NCBI RefSeq assembly: GCF_964194155.1
Contig: NC_135903.1
Location: forward strand, 12,772,001 to 12,836,000
Reading direction: 5' to 3'
DNA: 64,000 nt
Source: Cetorhinus maximus
Taxonomy: Eukaryota
Shown: in pieces, positions 13,201 through 25,300 of the stretch
Layout: each line of letters starts with the position of its first letter
Numbering within the stretch: position 1 is the first letter of the stretch
Program-made: the position numbers and the translations under genes
The notes under the pieces: generated by a model
Databases searched by the model: none
The model's input: only the letters and a program-made list of their open reading frames with translations
What the model was told of the DNA's origin: nothing

Positions 13201-13985
13201 ATTGAAGTCTGTACGTATTCAGGAAAGAATTCAACTCCTCCCCCAATGCCCTCATGATTGATTAGCCAGATAACCCTGACCATCTAAACTCACCTGAGTA
13301 ATGGCCACACTCAGCATTCGGCTGCTCATTCATCCTGTGATACCCTCAAGAATGGAGGCTAGGGGGAAATCCAGCTAGGGAGCCAGGGATCATGAGGGAG
13401 AATGGACTGGGTGGTGAATTGTGCTCTCTAGTCTTCCTGGGCAGGATTTAAGAAATAAAATTGACGGTGTAGAATATACTGCCACCTTGTATTATGCCAC
13501 ATAAAATACTTAAATGCCACACAATATAAAGCAATAAATACAAGGATTGAGATGTTGGGGAACCTATAGAGGGAGAAAGGGGCAGGGCCCAGCAAGAACA
13601 GAGGTAGTGGGTGGCCAATGAGGAATATAGGGGAGGGACCCAGTAAGTGCCTTATTGGGTGACCAATGACAGGGGAGTGGGGAGGTGGAGCTCTGAAGAT
13701 GGGTGTGATGCATGACCAATGAGGAGAGGGTGGGGACAGAAGGTCCTGTGATGAAACCTCCAGGAATATGTACCGCAAGTTGGCAACCGAGGTGTGGTCA
13801 GAACTGTAACATCATAAATTTAACGTTAGCAACTACTGATTTAATGAATGCATTAATTAGTCTCCAACTAATTATTTCTTTTTCTTAAAGAACCTGTCAT
13901 TACGAAGAGAGTGAAGACTGTGGTGGAAGAAACGATTAATGGGCAAGTGGTTTCTTCACGTACAGAGGAAATCAATGTCAACTAA
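7276..13985 (+). CDS. Type I keratin B, complete, 8 exons, 437 aa
   Basis: Exons 7276-7680, 8527-8609 (83), 9232-9388 (157), 9481-9642 (162), 11276-11401 (126), 11489-11706 (218), 12494-12561 (68), 13891-13985; 1314 nt in total, open frame. Gly/Ser head, coil 1[50 protein letters not shown]. No confident one-to-one mammalian orthologue. Confidence 0.95.
9735..10090 (+). mobile_element. tRNA-derived SINE (related copies ~16165-16300, 17410-17850 minus, 44075-44490, 49020-49410 minus)
   Basis: B-box-like GGGTTCAAGTCCC followed by a body (..CAGTACTGAGGGAATGCTG..GATGAGACATTAAACTGAGG..) that recurs at the listed sites. Confidence 0.6.
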
Positions 13986-14063
13986 TAGAATGTTCAACAC
14001 TTTGGAAAAAGCTGGGAAAAGAACAAAGTAAAAGTCATCTAATCAGAAGAGATAATCAAACCT

Positions 14064-14119
14064 AATAAACACAACTCTTAATGATTTCCCTTTCTCTGTA
14101 TTTCTGAGGATTTAATAAA
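14064..14119 (+). terminator. Polyadenylation signals of keratin B
   Basis: AATAAA at 14064-14069 and 14114-14119. Confidence 0.65.
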
Positions 14120-15459
14120 GTCTTGTGGGAACAGTTATCCTCATTTGTGTTTTCAGCTTCTCCCAGCAGACATAAGTCTTCCTTCGAATATCTCTGGAAA
14201 CTTCAACCAGCTCCCATGTCTCGGGGCCAGGGGGTTCCCACAGTCAGAGACCAGGAACCTCGGGGTGGGATTAGAAAATAGGACATTCCGTCTGTTGCAA
14301 ATGAAACAAGGGTTTTCACCAATTACAATCTATATCAATGTGTATTTATATAATACCTTTTAATCCCAAAGTGATTCACAGGAGTGTTGACACTGAACCA
14401 CAAGGAGACGTTAGGGTAAGTGACCAAAAGCTTGGCCAAAGAGATTTGGTTTTAAGGAGCCTCTTAAAGGAGGAAAGAGTAGAGAGACAGATGTTTAGGG
14501 AGGGAATTCCAGAGTTTAGGACCTCAGCAGCTGAAATTATGGCTACCAATAGGTTTTCCAAGACACCAGTAGGAGGCAGGAGCTACCACTGCTCCACACG
14601 GTTACAACCCTTTCCAGCACTGTCTGTGGGCCAGGGGAACAGGACTGCTCCCCATCGCATTTCAAACAAATGCTACCCCCGCTAGTCACAATTTCCCACC
14701 ATCTTTCCCATTCCACACCCCCCCGCCCCCCAACTCCACAGACACGATTTCTTGATCCCTCCTGCACCTGATCACCAAGTACCATCCCCTGGGGTTGATC
14801 CTCTCCCTCCCCGACAGTTCCTCCCTTCTGCCATTTTCTTTCTCCCCCCCCCACCCCATTCCCTGCACCCTCGCCTCCCTCCTCTCCCTCCCTCACACCA
14901 CCCACCCTGTAGGGGGACTGCTGGGTGGCAGCCTCCGGGGGGGGGACCTTTAACGGACGCTCCGGAGAGAGACCCACTAGCAGCAATGGCCACCCTCACA
15001 CCCATGGCGCAATCGGTGTTCTGTGACCACTCCCCTGCCAATGGCCAGGACCTGGCTGCCAGGCCTCACCTTCCTTGACAAAACCTACCTGATCTTTAAG
15101 GGCACCCCACCACCGAAATGTCCTCTGCACAGGGGTTGCAGGCTCAACAATGGCCCCCTGGAGCCCTGACGTTTCTGAGCTGCTGGCTCTCTGATTGGGC
15201 TCTGGGGGTGTGCCACTGTCTCTAATTGGAGGGAGGTCCCAGCATCTTCCTCTTAATTGCCAAAGCAGGGTTACTTCCCAGTCTCGGCTCGGGTGGTGGA
15301 ACTTCACCATCAGCCAGGAAGTTCAACCCAAACATAAAGGTTGACAGATTAGGCATGATGCCACGACATGGTGAACTGTCACAGCAGCTGATCCAGGCAG
15401 CAGTCCCCACCTTCAAGAAACAGCACAGCTATCTCAAATAAAAGCAAGGGAAGGTTATC

Positions 15460-15960
15460 GCAAACTGGAGGAACAGCACCTCATCTTCCGACTAGGCACT
15501 TTATAGCCTTACGGACTTAATATGGAGTTCAACAATTTCAGATCATGAACTCTCTCCTCCATCCCCACCCCCTTTCCGATCCCCCTTTTTCCAATAATTT
15601 ATAATTTTTTTACAAATATATTTTTTTCTTTTCCCTCCTATTTTTAAATTATCTATTGTTTCAGCTCCACCTTTTAGCCCATTTCAATCCCTTCCCCCCA
15701 ACCCAACCCGCACTAGGGCCATCTGCCACTAGCTTGCTTCCCTTAATGTCCCCATTGGCACATCCTTTAGATAATATCATCACTGTCAACACCCCTTTGT
15801 CCTTTTGTCTATGACATCTTTGGCAGGCTCTTCTTGGCCTCCACCTATCACTCGAAACGTCAACAGTATCCCTCTCCGCAGATGCTGTCAGACCTGCTGA
15901 GTTTTTCATGGTATTTTTGTTTTTGTTCTCGATTTCCAGCATCCACAGTATTTTGCTTTT
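15460..15960 (+). mobile_element. Penelope-like element 3' fragment
   Basis: Matches 36055-36630 (KLEEQHLIFRLGTL end and 3' UTR), with an internal deletion. Confidence 0.75.
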
Positions 15961-16309
15961 TTCTTAGTTGTTATTTGAAAAGTACTTGGCTCAGATAATA
16001 CAGGCCTTAATTCCTTGCAGCAGGTGGAGTACAAGAATTGCTCAAGAAATTATGGGCTGGAGAATAATACAAACGTAGTCCTGTGGTGAAGGATTACTCA
16101 TTACAGAGCCTGTCATGGGAGGCAACAGTTTCAGGATTTATCTTGCAAAAGAATGTGGCTCAGCGGGTCTGAAAGTTGTGGGTTCCCACAACCAGAGACT
16201 TGAGCACAAAATCTATGTTTCCGTTCCCAGTGCAGTACTGAGGGATGCTGCACTGTCAGAAGTGCCATCTATTTTCCTGATGAGACATTAAAATGAAGCC
16301 CCTCTCGAA

Positions 16310-16610
16310 GGCCAACACTACCATCTAGAAGGACAGGGGCAGCAGACACATGGGAACACCACCACCTGGAAGTTCCCCTCCAAGTCACTCACCATCCTGA
16401 CTTGGAAATATATCGCTGTTCCTTCACTGTTGCTGGGTCAAAACCCTGGAACTCCCTCCCTAACAGCACTGTGGGTGTACCTACACCACATGTACTGCAG
16501 CGGTTCAAGAAGGCAGCTCAGCACCACCTTCTCAAGGGCAACTAGGGATGGGCAATAAATGCTGGCCCAGCCAGCGACGCCCACATCCCTTAAATGGATA
16601 ATAAATGAAT
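16310..16610 (+). mobile_element. 3' end of a CR1/Jockey-group LINE (same family as 21380-22020 and 42110-42670)
   Basis: Near-identical to the 3' parts of the other two copies; ends in an A-rich tail. Confidence 0.7.
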
Positions 16611-18499
16611 AATTAAGAAAAAGTTCCTGGGCTTCAGAACAGAAGGAGTGAGAACCTGAAATTCTCTAATGGTGAAGTTCACAAGTGATTTTGGAACACA
16701 ATCAACCTGGGCACTTCACTTGGAAATGCTGCTTTGAAATGTTACAAAGTTTTCAGGATATGTGATATTTTATGCAAATCAACTCACCAGACTTGATCAC
16801 CTTTTGCTGGTCCCACCAGCTACGTCCTTTCATCTTTGGGTGTTGTCACGTTATCTGCCAATGCATGTGGGATGCCCAACTGCCCTGGTGAGATTTTTAT
16901 TGTAAACAAATTTAAAGAATGCACTGCGGCCCTAATTAGATAAGCAGCAAAACAACATTTTTGGAGAAGGCAGAGCCCAAAATTCATCAGGGGGGAAGAG
17001 TGGGTGGACAAATGATTTGTACAACATTAACTTTTGACTGGCAGTGTCATCACTCAGATTTCTGTCATACAATAACAACAGCAGCAAGATAAAACTTGTC
17101 GAGGTGCTTCACACGGACAATTATCAAACAAAATCTGATACCGAGCCCCATTCTGAAATATTAGGACAGGAGACCAAAAGCCCGGTCAAAGAGGTAAATT
17201 TGAAGGAGTTTATTAAAGGAGAGAGAGGGGCAGGGAGACAGTGAGGTTTAGAGGATGAATTCTAGAGCTTAGGGTCAGAGCCCCTAAACTGACTTCTGGA
17301 GTTACACTGCCAAAACTGGCTCCTTCACCCCAGCATCAGACAAGTAGATCAAGTTTGTTGTTGATCTTTGAGTCTGTTCTGAGATGGCTCGGCCAAGAGA
17401 GAAGGAAAATTTTCAATTATAAAGCTCCTTTCACAATTTCAGGACACAGCCAAGTGCAGGTTACAAAGGACTTTTTAACGTTCAGCCACTGTCGTGAGGT
17501 AGGAGACACAGCAGCTGGTTTTGCACACAGCAAATCCCACCAACAGCAACATGACAAATAACCAGAAATTCTGCTTCAGCGACATTGATGGAAAGATAAC
17601 TATTGGCCAGGACACTGGAGAGGTCTGCCCTGCCCTTTTTCAAAATTGATCCATGTGATCTTTTACCCGAGAGGGCAGATTGGGGTCCCAGTTTAATGCC
17701 TCATCTAGTAGACAGCACCTCTGCCAAGGCGACACTCCCTCTGTGTTGGTACCAGGAGTGTTAGCCTGGATTTTAGACTCAAGTCTCTGGAGTGGGACTT
17801 GAACCCCACAACCTTCTGATTGAGAAGTGAAAGCACTGCCCACTGAGTGACAGTTGACACCAGTAGAGATCAATCTCCCCGATTGTGAACTAAACAAGGG
17901 CTACTTACCTTTCTCAGCCTCCTCGATTTTGATTGATTGGGCTTCATGGAGCTAACTCAGGCATTCATGGATTTCAAACAATCCAACTTTCTTTGTTTTA
18001 CTCCAATGACTTAGGACAAAACTAAACCACCTAACGATCGCCAAATAAATCAGCTTTACCTGGCATTCCGTTCAGGAGCAGGCTCGAAGGGCCGAGTGGC
18101 CTAATCCTGCTCCTAATTCGTATGTTTGATCCCTGAATTCTGCTGAGCTTCCCATTAGCCAGACCTGAGCTCTACAGTTGGCCTCAGTACCCTGAGGAAG
18201 GGAACTATTAGCCTGAGTTCCTGCAGCTGATCCCACCTGCTGGAAATGGTGGCTGTCAGTTAATGAGGATGGGCTCAGACCTGGTTATGAAAAATAAGAT
18301 GCCAAGACTCAACTGTTCAGACTCACATATTAAAAATACCCACTTGGGTCTGGTCTGTTTTATCCGTCCTGGCACATTAACCTTTTCGGGTAGAAAGGGG
18401 TGAATAGTGAAAGCTTGACCTGTCAGTTTGGAGAGTTGGTTACACTGTGATTTTCATCAATGCCTTCCCGACCTCAGTCTTGACTGTGCAGCCCGACAT

Positions 18500-19410
18500 A
18501 CAAACATACTAACATACGAATTAGGATCAGGAGTACGCCACTCGGCTCCTCGAGCCTGCTCCTCCATTCAATAAGGTCATGGCTGATCTGACTGTGGCCT
18601 CAACTCCACATTCCTGCCTACCCCCGATAACCTTTGACTCTCTTGTTGGCCAAGTATCTATCTACCTCTGCCACTCAATGACCCTGCCTCTGCTGCTCTC
18701 TGGGAAAGAGAATTCCACGGAATCACAACCCTCAGAGAAAAAATTTGGGACACCCCTTATTTTTAAACTGTGTCCCCTAGTTCTAGTCTCTCCCAGATGG
18801 GGAAACACTCTCTCAGTAACCACTCTGTCAAGTCCCGGCCTCAAGATCAATAAGATTGCCTCCCATTCTTCTTAACTCCAATGTATACAGGCCCAACCTG
18901 TCCAACCTTTCCTCATAAGATAACCTCCCATCCCAGGAATCAGCCAAGTGAACCTTCTCTGAACCGCTTCCAATGGTTGTCAGGGGTAGGCAGTTAATGT
19001 CCTTTCTTAAATAAGGAAACCAAAACTATACACAGTAATCTTGATGTGGTCTCAACAATGTCCCATACAACTGTAGCAAAACATCCCTACTTTTATATTC
19101 CATTCCCCTTGCAATAAATGACAATATTCCATTTGCCTTCCTAATTACTTGCTGTACCTTCCTGCTAACATTTTGTGATTCAGGTACCTGGACACCCAGA
19201 TCCCTCTGTACCGCAGCATTCTGCAATCTCTCTCCATTTAAATAATATACTGGTTTCTATTCTTCCTGCCACATTATACTCCAATTTTTGCCCACTCACT
19301 TAACCTATCTATATCCCTTTGCAGGCACGATATGCCCTCTTCACAACTTACTCTCCTATCTATCTTTTTGTCATCAGCAAATTTAACAACTACACACTCA
19401 GTCCCTTCAT
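18500..19410 (-). mobile_element. CR1 LINE 3' fragment
   Basis: Minus-strand ORFs ..KANGILSFIARGMEYKSRDVLLQLYGTLLRPH.. and ..RVFPHLGETRTRGHSLKIRG.. match the CR1 ORF2 C-terminus. Confidence 0.85.
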
Positions 19411-19631
19411 GCAAATCATTGGTATAGATCAAACCAATAAAGACCCTAAGTCAGAGAAACCACAGCTGATAAACAGCAAATTATCATTTAAATCCAATAT
19501 TCTTTCTTTGCCATTCGATATTTCACTCAGCATCCAGAGTGAGAGATGCGGTCTATTCACACCTGCATTTCCAGAAGTGGAAACAATGAATTCATTCCAT
19601 CTTCCTTTACTCCAGACCTATTGAGCCAACA

Positions 19632-21284
19632 CAGGACCGGTGTAACCACCAGGCAAACTAGACAGCCGCTTACAGCAGCAAAATTTGCAAAAATCTGAAG
19701 GAACTATTCCTGACATAAGTAAACAAATAGGTTATGTGGCATCATGGCAGATAGAAACAAATTGCCTGGAGCACAACACTGTCAACGGAAAGCTGAAAAG
19801 GAAAAAGCACAAGCAAAGCAAGAAGGTTCCTTTCTGAAGTATCTTCATCCACAACATCAGGATGAAGGTCGCTCAAAGAAACAACCTGAGGCTGAAGCTG
19901 GGACAACAGTTTTGCCTCCAGTCTCATAAGGTGAAATAGAGTTTGAGGATCAGAATCTGAATGTAAAAGATAGGGTGTGAAAGGGAATATGCTACCAGCT
20001 GCAACTATGGCGACTGTTCCACATGGCCCAAAATGATGTTCAGAGTTTGCATCAAAACAGATTATGGAACATTGTTTAACACTAGAGCAAGCTTTAAAAC
20101 ATGGGAAATCCAAAGATGCCGATGCTTCAAATTTGCACAGTGAATTGCAAGGTGACTTCCAAAGTGTCCATCACCACAGGATGAACCAAACTTTGTAAGA
20201 AAGACCGGCTGGACTCTCCACCTCGCTAATAGAACGTGAAATTGCACGAAACATTAACCTGAAAGAATTTGTTTCTACATTTGTTAAACTGAAAGGATGG
20301 GAAGTTAAATTCTAAATTCTAATGATCAGCTTTGTTGCAGGAACACATAGTGTTACATCGTGTGAGCCATATTACACATTATATTGTGCATTTCATCTCA
20401 TAAAATCCTGTGAAAAGTGTCCACATTCTCATTGTTCTAATCAGTACCATAGGGCAGGATTTTATGTCCCACAGGCGGGTGTGCACCTGACCCAATTGGG
20501 TGTAAAATCGCGCAAGAAGACGTTGGGTGAACGTCCCGACATCATCACGCACACACTATATTTCACTTGGCGGGCACCGCAAAAAAGTCGGAAGCGTGCC
20601 CGCCGACAATTAAGAGGGCAATTAAGCCCATTAACGGCACAATTGTCTCCGATTTTTCATGGCCCGTCCAACCTTACAGTTGGCGAATTGGCCAGGCGGC
20701 CTTTACACTTTTCATCAAACCTCATCCAAGGGCGGGATGAAATCTCCGTTATGAAATAAAATGAAAATAAATATCTGTGGACAACGTTTTCATCAGGTAT
20801 AGTTTCAGGTGCGTGATTGTACCGCATGGACATTTTGTTGCAGCTTTTTAAACCTTTATTTGATCATTTGCAGGTCTGCAGCTCCCTGCAGCTGTCTACC
20901 TTCAGGGAGCTCTCTCGCAGCGCTCACCCACGCCCATGGAAATGTCATTGCCTGCCCTCTTCCCGCCCCCACCCTGGCAGCACGCGTTTCACGCTGGCCG
21001 GCCGTTAATTGGTCAGATAGCGTGAAATCGTGGCCGGGGATGAATCGCTGTCGGGGGACCCGTTTCCTGGTGCCCTGAACTCACTGATCATGTGCGCCTG
21101 CCAAATGTAAAATTCAGGTCATAATCTTCTCCTTTTCCAGGTAAAATAAATCTCTAAATATAAATGCAGAATTTTTATTCATACACAACATCCATTTTTG
21201 GAAGTTATTTCTAGGCAGGACATAGGAGTGCGGAGCAAGGCTGAAGGCTTGTCTAAGGCGCCTAATAACCCTGCACCAGCCCAG
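19632..21284 (+). mobile_element. Internally deleted hAT DNA transposon with a nested MITE
   Basis: Imperfect TIRs (CAGGACCGGTGTA vs revcomp CTGGGCTGGTGCA) and a degenerate 8-bp TSD (AGCCAACA / GGTCAACA). Carries an N-terminal remnant (KLPGAQ..RKAEKEK..GSFLKYL) and a hAT-dimerisation-like C-terminus (AGLSTSLIEREIARNINLKEFVSTF). Confidence 0.6.
20452..21120 (+). mobile_element. Non-autonomous PIF/Harbinger derivative (MITE)
   Basis: The first ~290 nt resemble the left end of the Harbinger at 53153. Ends GGGCAGGATTTTA ... TAAAATTCAGGTC, flanked by a 3-bp ATA duplication. Confidence 0.65.
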
Positions 21285-21379
21285 GGTCAACAGGAGCTCC
21301 AGTGACACTCGGCTGTCTCAGCATTGAGTAGGGATGGCACTTGGAATCTTGCTGTTCTGTGTGACTCAGTTATGACACC

Positions 21380-22020
21380 ATCAGCATCCTGGGGGTTACC
21401 ATTGACCAGAAACTGAACTAAACTAGCCATATAAATACTGTGGCCACAAGAGCAGGTCATAAGCTGGGAATTCTGTGGGGAGTAACTCACTTCCTGTCTC
21501 CCCAAAGCCTGTCCACCATCTACAAGGCACAAGTCAGGAGTGTGATGGAATACTCCCCACTTGCCTGGATGAGTGCAGCTCCCACAACACTCAAGAAGCT
21601 CGACACCATCCAGGGCAAAGCAGCCCACTTGATTGGCACCCCATCCACCAACATTCACTCCCTCCACCACCGACGCACAGTAGCAGCAGTGTGTACCATC
21701 TACAAGATGCACTGCAGGAATTCACCAAGGCTCCTTCTATAGCACCTTCCAAACCCACCACCACTACCATCTAGAAGGACACATGGGAACACCACCACCT
21801 GGAAGTTCCCCTCCAAACCACTCAGTATCCTGATTTGGAAATATATTGTTGTTCCTTCACTGTCGCTGGGTCAAAATCCTGGAACTCCCTCCCTAGCAGC
21901 ACTGTGGGTGTACCTACACCACATGGACTGCAGCGGTTCAAGCAGGCAGCTCACCACCACCTTCTCAAGGGCAACTAGGGATGGGCAATAAATGCTGATG
22001 CTCATATCCCGTGATAGAAT
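21380..22020 (+). mobile_element. CR1/Jockey-group LINE 3' portion (RT C-terminus + tail)
   Basis: ORF ..LSTIYKAQVRSVMEYSPLAW..LDTIQGKAAHLIG..SLHHRRTVAAVCTIYKMH.. Confidence 0.8.
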
Positions 22021-22396
22021 AAAAATCTGTTACAGACTAGACATCACTGGAGATGGATTTGAACCAGAAATTCCATAAATATTTGCTCCTAAATTAAATA
22101 TGCCTTGGGTGTGAGTGTGAGATTGTTACAATGAGTTGGTGATGGCATGTGACTGGGATTTGTGTCCTCATGTTGGTATGTGGCTGGACCAGCACTGGCT
22201 TTCTAACATTCTGGATCCTTTAGTTCCCATTGTCATTTGACAAACCTGACTGTTCACATTCTCCAGATCCACCAAGGCTTGTGGGGACGCCCATGGAGAG
22301 TTTGCAGATAAATTGCTGAGGATCTGGTCCAGGCGGACACTTAACTCTGCTGGTCTCGAGTGATTTTAGTGGAGTGGATTCCAGTTCCTGCTGACC

Positions 22397-25300
22397 ATGT
22401 CTCTCATTTTCTCCTCAGTGCAGACCCGCAGCGGCTCCCGCAGGAGCACCAGCGGCTCAGTCATCCTGGGCTCCTCCAGGTCGGGGAGGCTGAGTGCGGC
22501 CAATCCAGGGTCCAAGAGCCGCCGAGCTGTCAGTGTCTACAGCAATCCCATCCGCAGCACCCGCATCTCCACCGCCTCCTCCGGCTATGGGGGCTTATAC
22601 TCCGGGGGCTACAACTCAGGGTCATTCGGGGCCTTTAGCATCAGTGAGAAGCAGACCATGCAAAACCTGAATGACCGCCTGGCCTTATACCTGGAGAAAG
22701 TGCGCAGCTTGGAAAAGTCCAACAACCAGCTGGAGTGCCAGATCAGGGAGTTCTATGAGATGAGAACACCATCAGGAACCAAAGACCTGGGGAGCTATTG
22801 GAAAACCATTTCCGAGCTCCGAGCGCAGGTATGTTTGTAAACTCCCCAATCTCAGGGAGACTGCCCTGTCCAGTCTAACTCAGCCCAGTCCCATCTCTGA
22901 CCCGGCACAAACTTCACCGTTGTATAACCTCACTTTGTATAACCTCTTGGTCAGCTCTTTCAGGGCTTCACACGTTGGAACGGGATGGTTGTTGTCGTGT
23001 AGGCATCTGCACAGGAGGATCCCACAAACAGGAGTGGAATGGGTGACCAGCTGTTATTGGCTTCAGTGGAGACAGGGAATGTTGACTAGATCACTCTCCC
23101 TCTCCCTCTCTCTCCCTCTCCTCTTCATGCAGTAACCATAGAATCTCCAGCGTCCGCCAGGCCAGTCAAACAGAGTCACAATTTCATGCTACCTGTAACA
23201 AGGCAGAACTTCAGCTTTCATCTTCAATGATGTGCTCAAGTCCTAGAGTAAACTAAGCACAGGATTAGAGTCAGTTCTGGCATTCAGTTACATAGAATGT
23301 ACCTTGTGCAGCCCAGTCCAGAAATGTGTTGGCTCTGAATGGAGCAGGTATGTATGTAATTGACACCTAACTCAAGGTGGGCGGGGGAGGGGGGAATGTC
23401 CTTAAAGGGACCGTGGGAGGCCATCACCAAAAAGTAAATTCTTTTAAAATACCTAATGTGGAGCCAAGAGGAGTGACACACCTCCTCCTCTCCTCCCTAC
23501 CTGCCATTGGATTTATTACTGATTAGCTTATATTTATGCCCCTGGTTTGGATTTCTCACAAGCAGAAACAAATGAATTATATGTAACATTTTGTTTCACA
23601 GATCAATGATGCTTCTCTTGCCAATGCCAGGGTCCTGCTGCAGATTGACAATGCGAAACTGGCTGCAGATGACTTTAAAACCAAGTGAGTCCTGTTTTAG
23701 TTCTGTCAACATAAGGTGTGTGCTCATTAAAATTAGAAAGAGAGAACTCCCTAAAACAACAATAGCTTGTATCTGTACAGCCTTCTCAGGATTGAGGTTG
23801 ATTTGCTTCCACTCTGGTTCGATGGGATCTGAGATGACTGACAAGTCCCATATGTGATCTGCGGACTCTGCCACGTGCTGGGCAGGTGGTGCTTGAAGGG
23901 TTGGGTAGTTGGGTTGTATGGAGGCTTATGTGCTCCTCCGATGCCTCAACTTTGCCTCTGCACATTCCTGTCAAAGTCTCTCGATGTGTTTGGTGAAATC
24001 CGGAATTAACCTTCTCCATTTTGGTCAGAACAGGCCAGCGAGGGTCTCCCATGAGCCGGCGGGATGTTTGACCTCTTCAGGGATGCTTTGAGGACATCCC
24101 TAAAACGTTTCCACTGTCCTCCTGGGAGTCACCTGGCGCGATCGAGCTCCGAGTAGAACGGTTGCTTCGCGAGTCTGGTGTCAGGCATGTGAACGACATG
24201 TTCCACCTGGCAGAGCTGGTTTTGAGTGATTGGCGCCTCGATGCTGGGCAAGTTGGCTTGGGAGAGGACACTGCTGTGGGACCACATTTCTTGCCACCGG
24301 ATTTGGAGGATCTTCCAATCTTCCAGATCCTCCAAGAGTATAGTCAAGGTGTTACACAGAAAGCCAGAGAGAAAATGGGAAATGGACAGAAGTACAATGT
24401 GTTAAGGGGGTGCGTGAAGGTAGGTCCATAAAAATCATACAATTAAAGAGCACAGAAGGAGGGCATTCATCTCATGGTGCCTGAGCTGGCTCTTTGAAAG
24501 AGTTATCCAATTCATCCCACACTCCCCTGCTTTTTTCCTATAGCCCTGCAAATATTTTCCTTTTTGACCATTTATTCAAATCCTGTTTGAAAGTTATCAT
24601 TGAATCTGTTTCCACCGCCCTTTCACGCACTGAGTTTCAGACTGTAACAACTCACTGTGTAAATAACATTCTCCTCGTCACCCCCACCACACTCCCAGTC
24701 CTTTTGATGGTTATCCTTCAATCTGTGTTCTCTGGTCACTAACCCACATGCTACTGGAAACTGTTCCTGTTTAGAGGTAGAGGCTTCTGAGGAGGTGGGA
24801 TTTCTTTCAAAGTTCAAACGCACAGGGAAAAGTTCAACGTAGCTTTGAGATCGGGAAATCTCTTAAGCAATCAAGTATTTGTCAGAATTCACAAAGCTTT
24901 CTGCTACATCCCCCCCTTTCAATGGCCGCTTGCTCAATTATTGCTGAAATAGGAGACCAGTGAAGCAAATGGCTTTCCTGGGAGAACAAACTTAACCGGG
25001 AAGAGTTTCCACTGATTTGTATTCCTGTTCCTAGCTACAAAACATGCTGTGTCTCCTAGCTTAGTGACATTGGCAAACATGGATGTATGACTCTCTACCC
25101 CTTCCCATTGATATACATGGTGAACCGCCAAGCCCAAAGTACGGATCACCGATTTGTCACATCCTCCCAATCAAAGTGTGTTCCCTTTATCCTTACTCTC
25201 CATCTCCTACCTCCTAACCAATTATCAATCCATGTCACAAGGGTGTCTCCAATTCCGTGCATTTTCACTTTAGCTAATGACCTCCTGAACCTCAAATACC

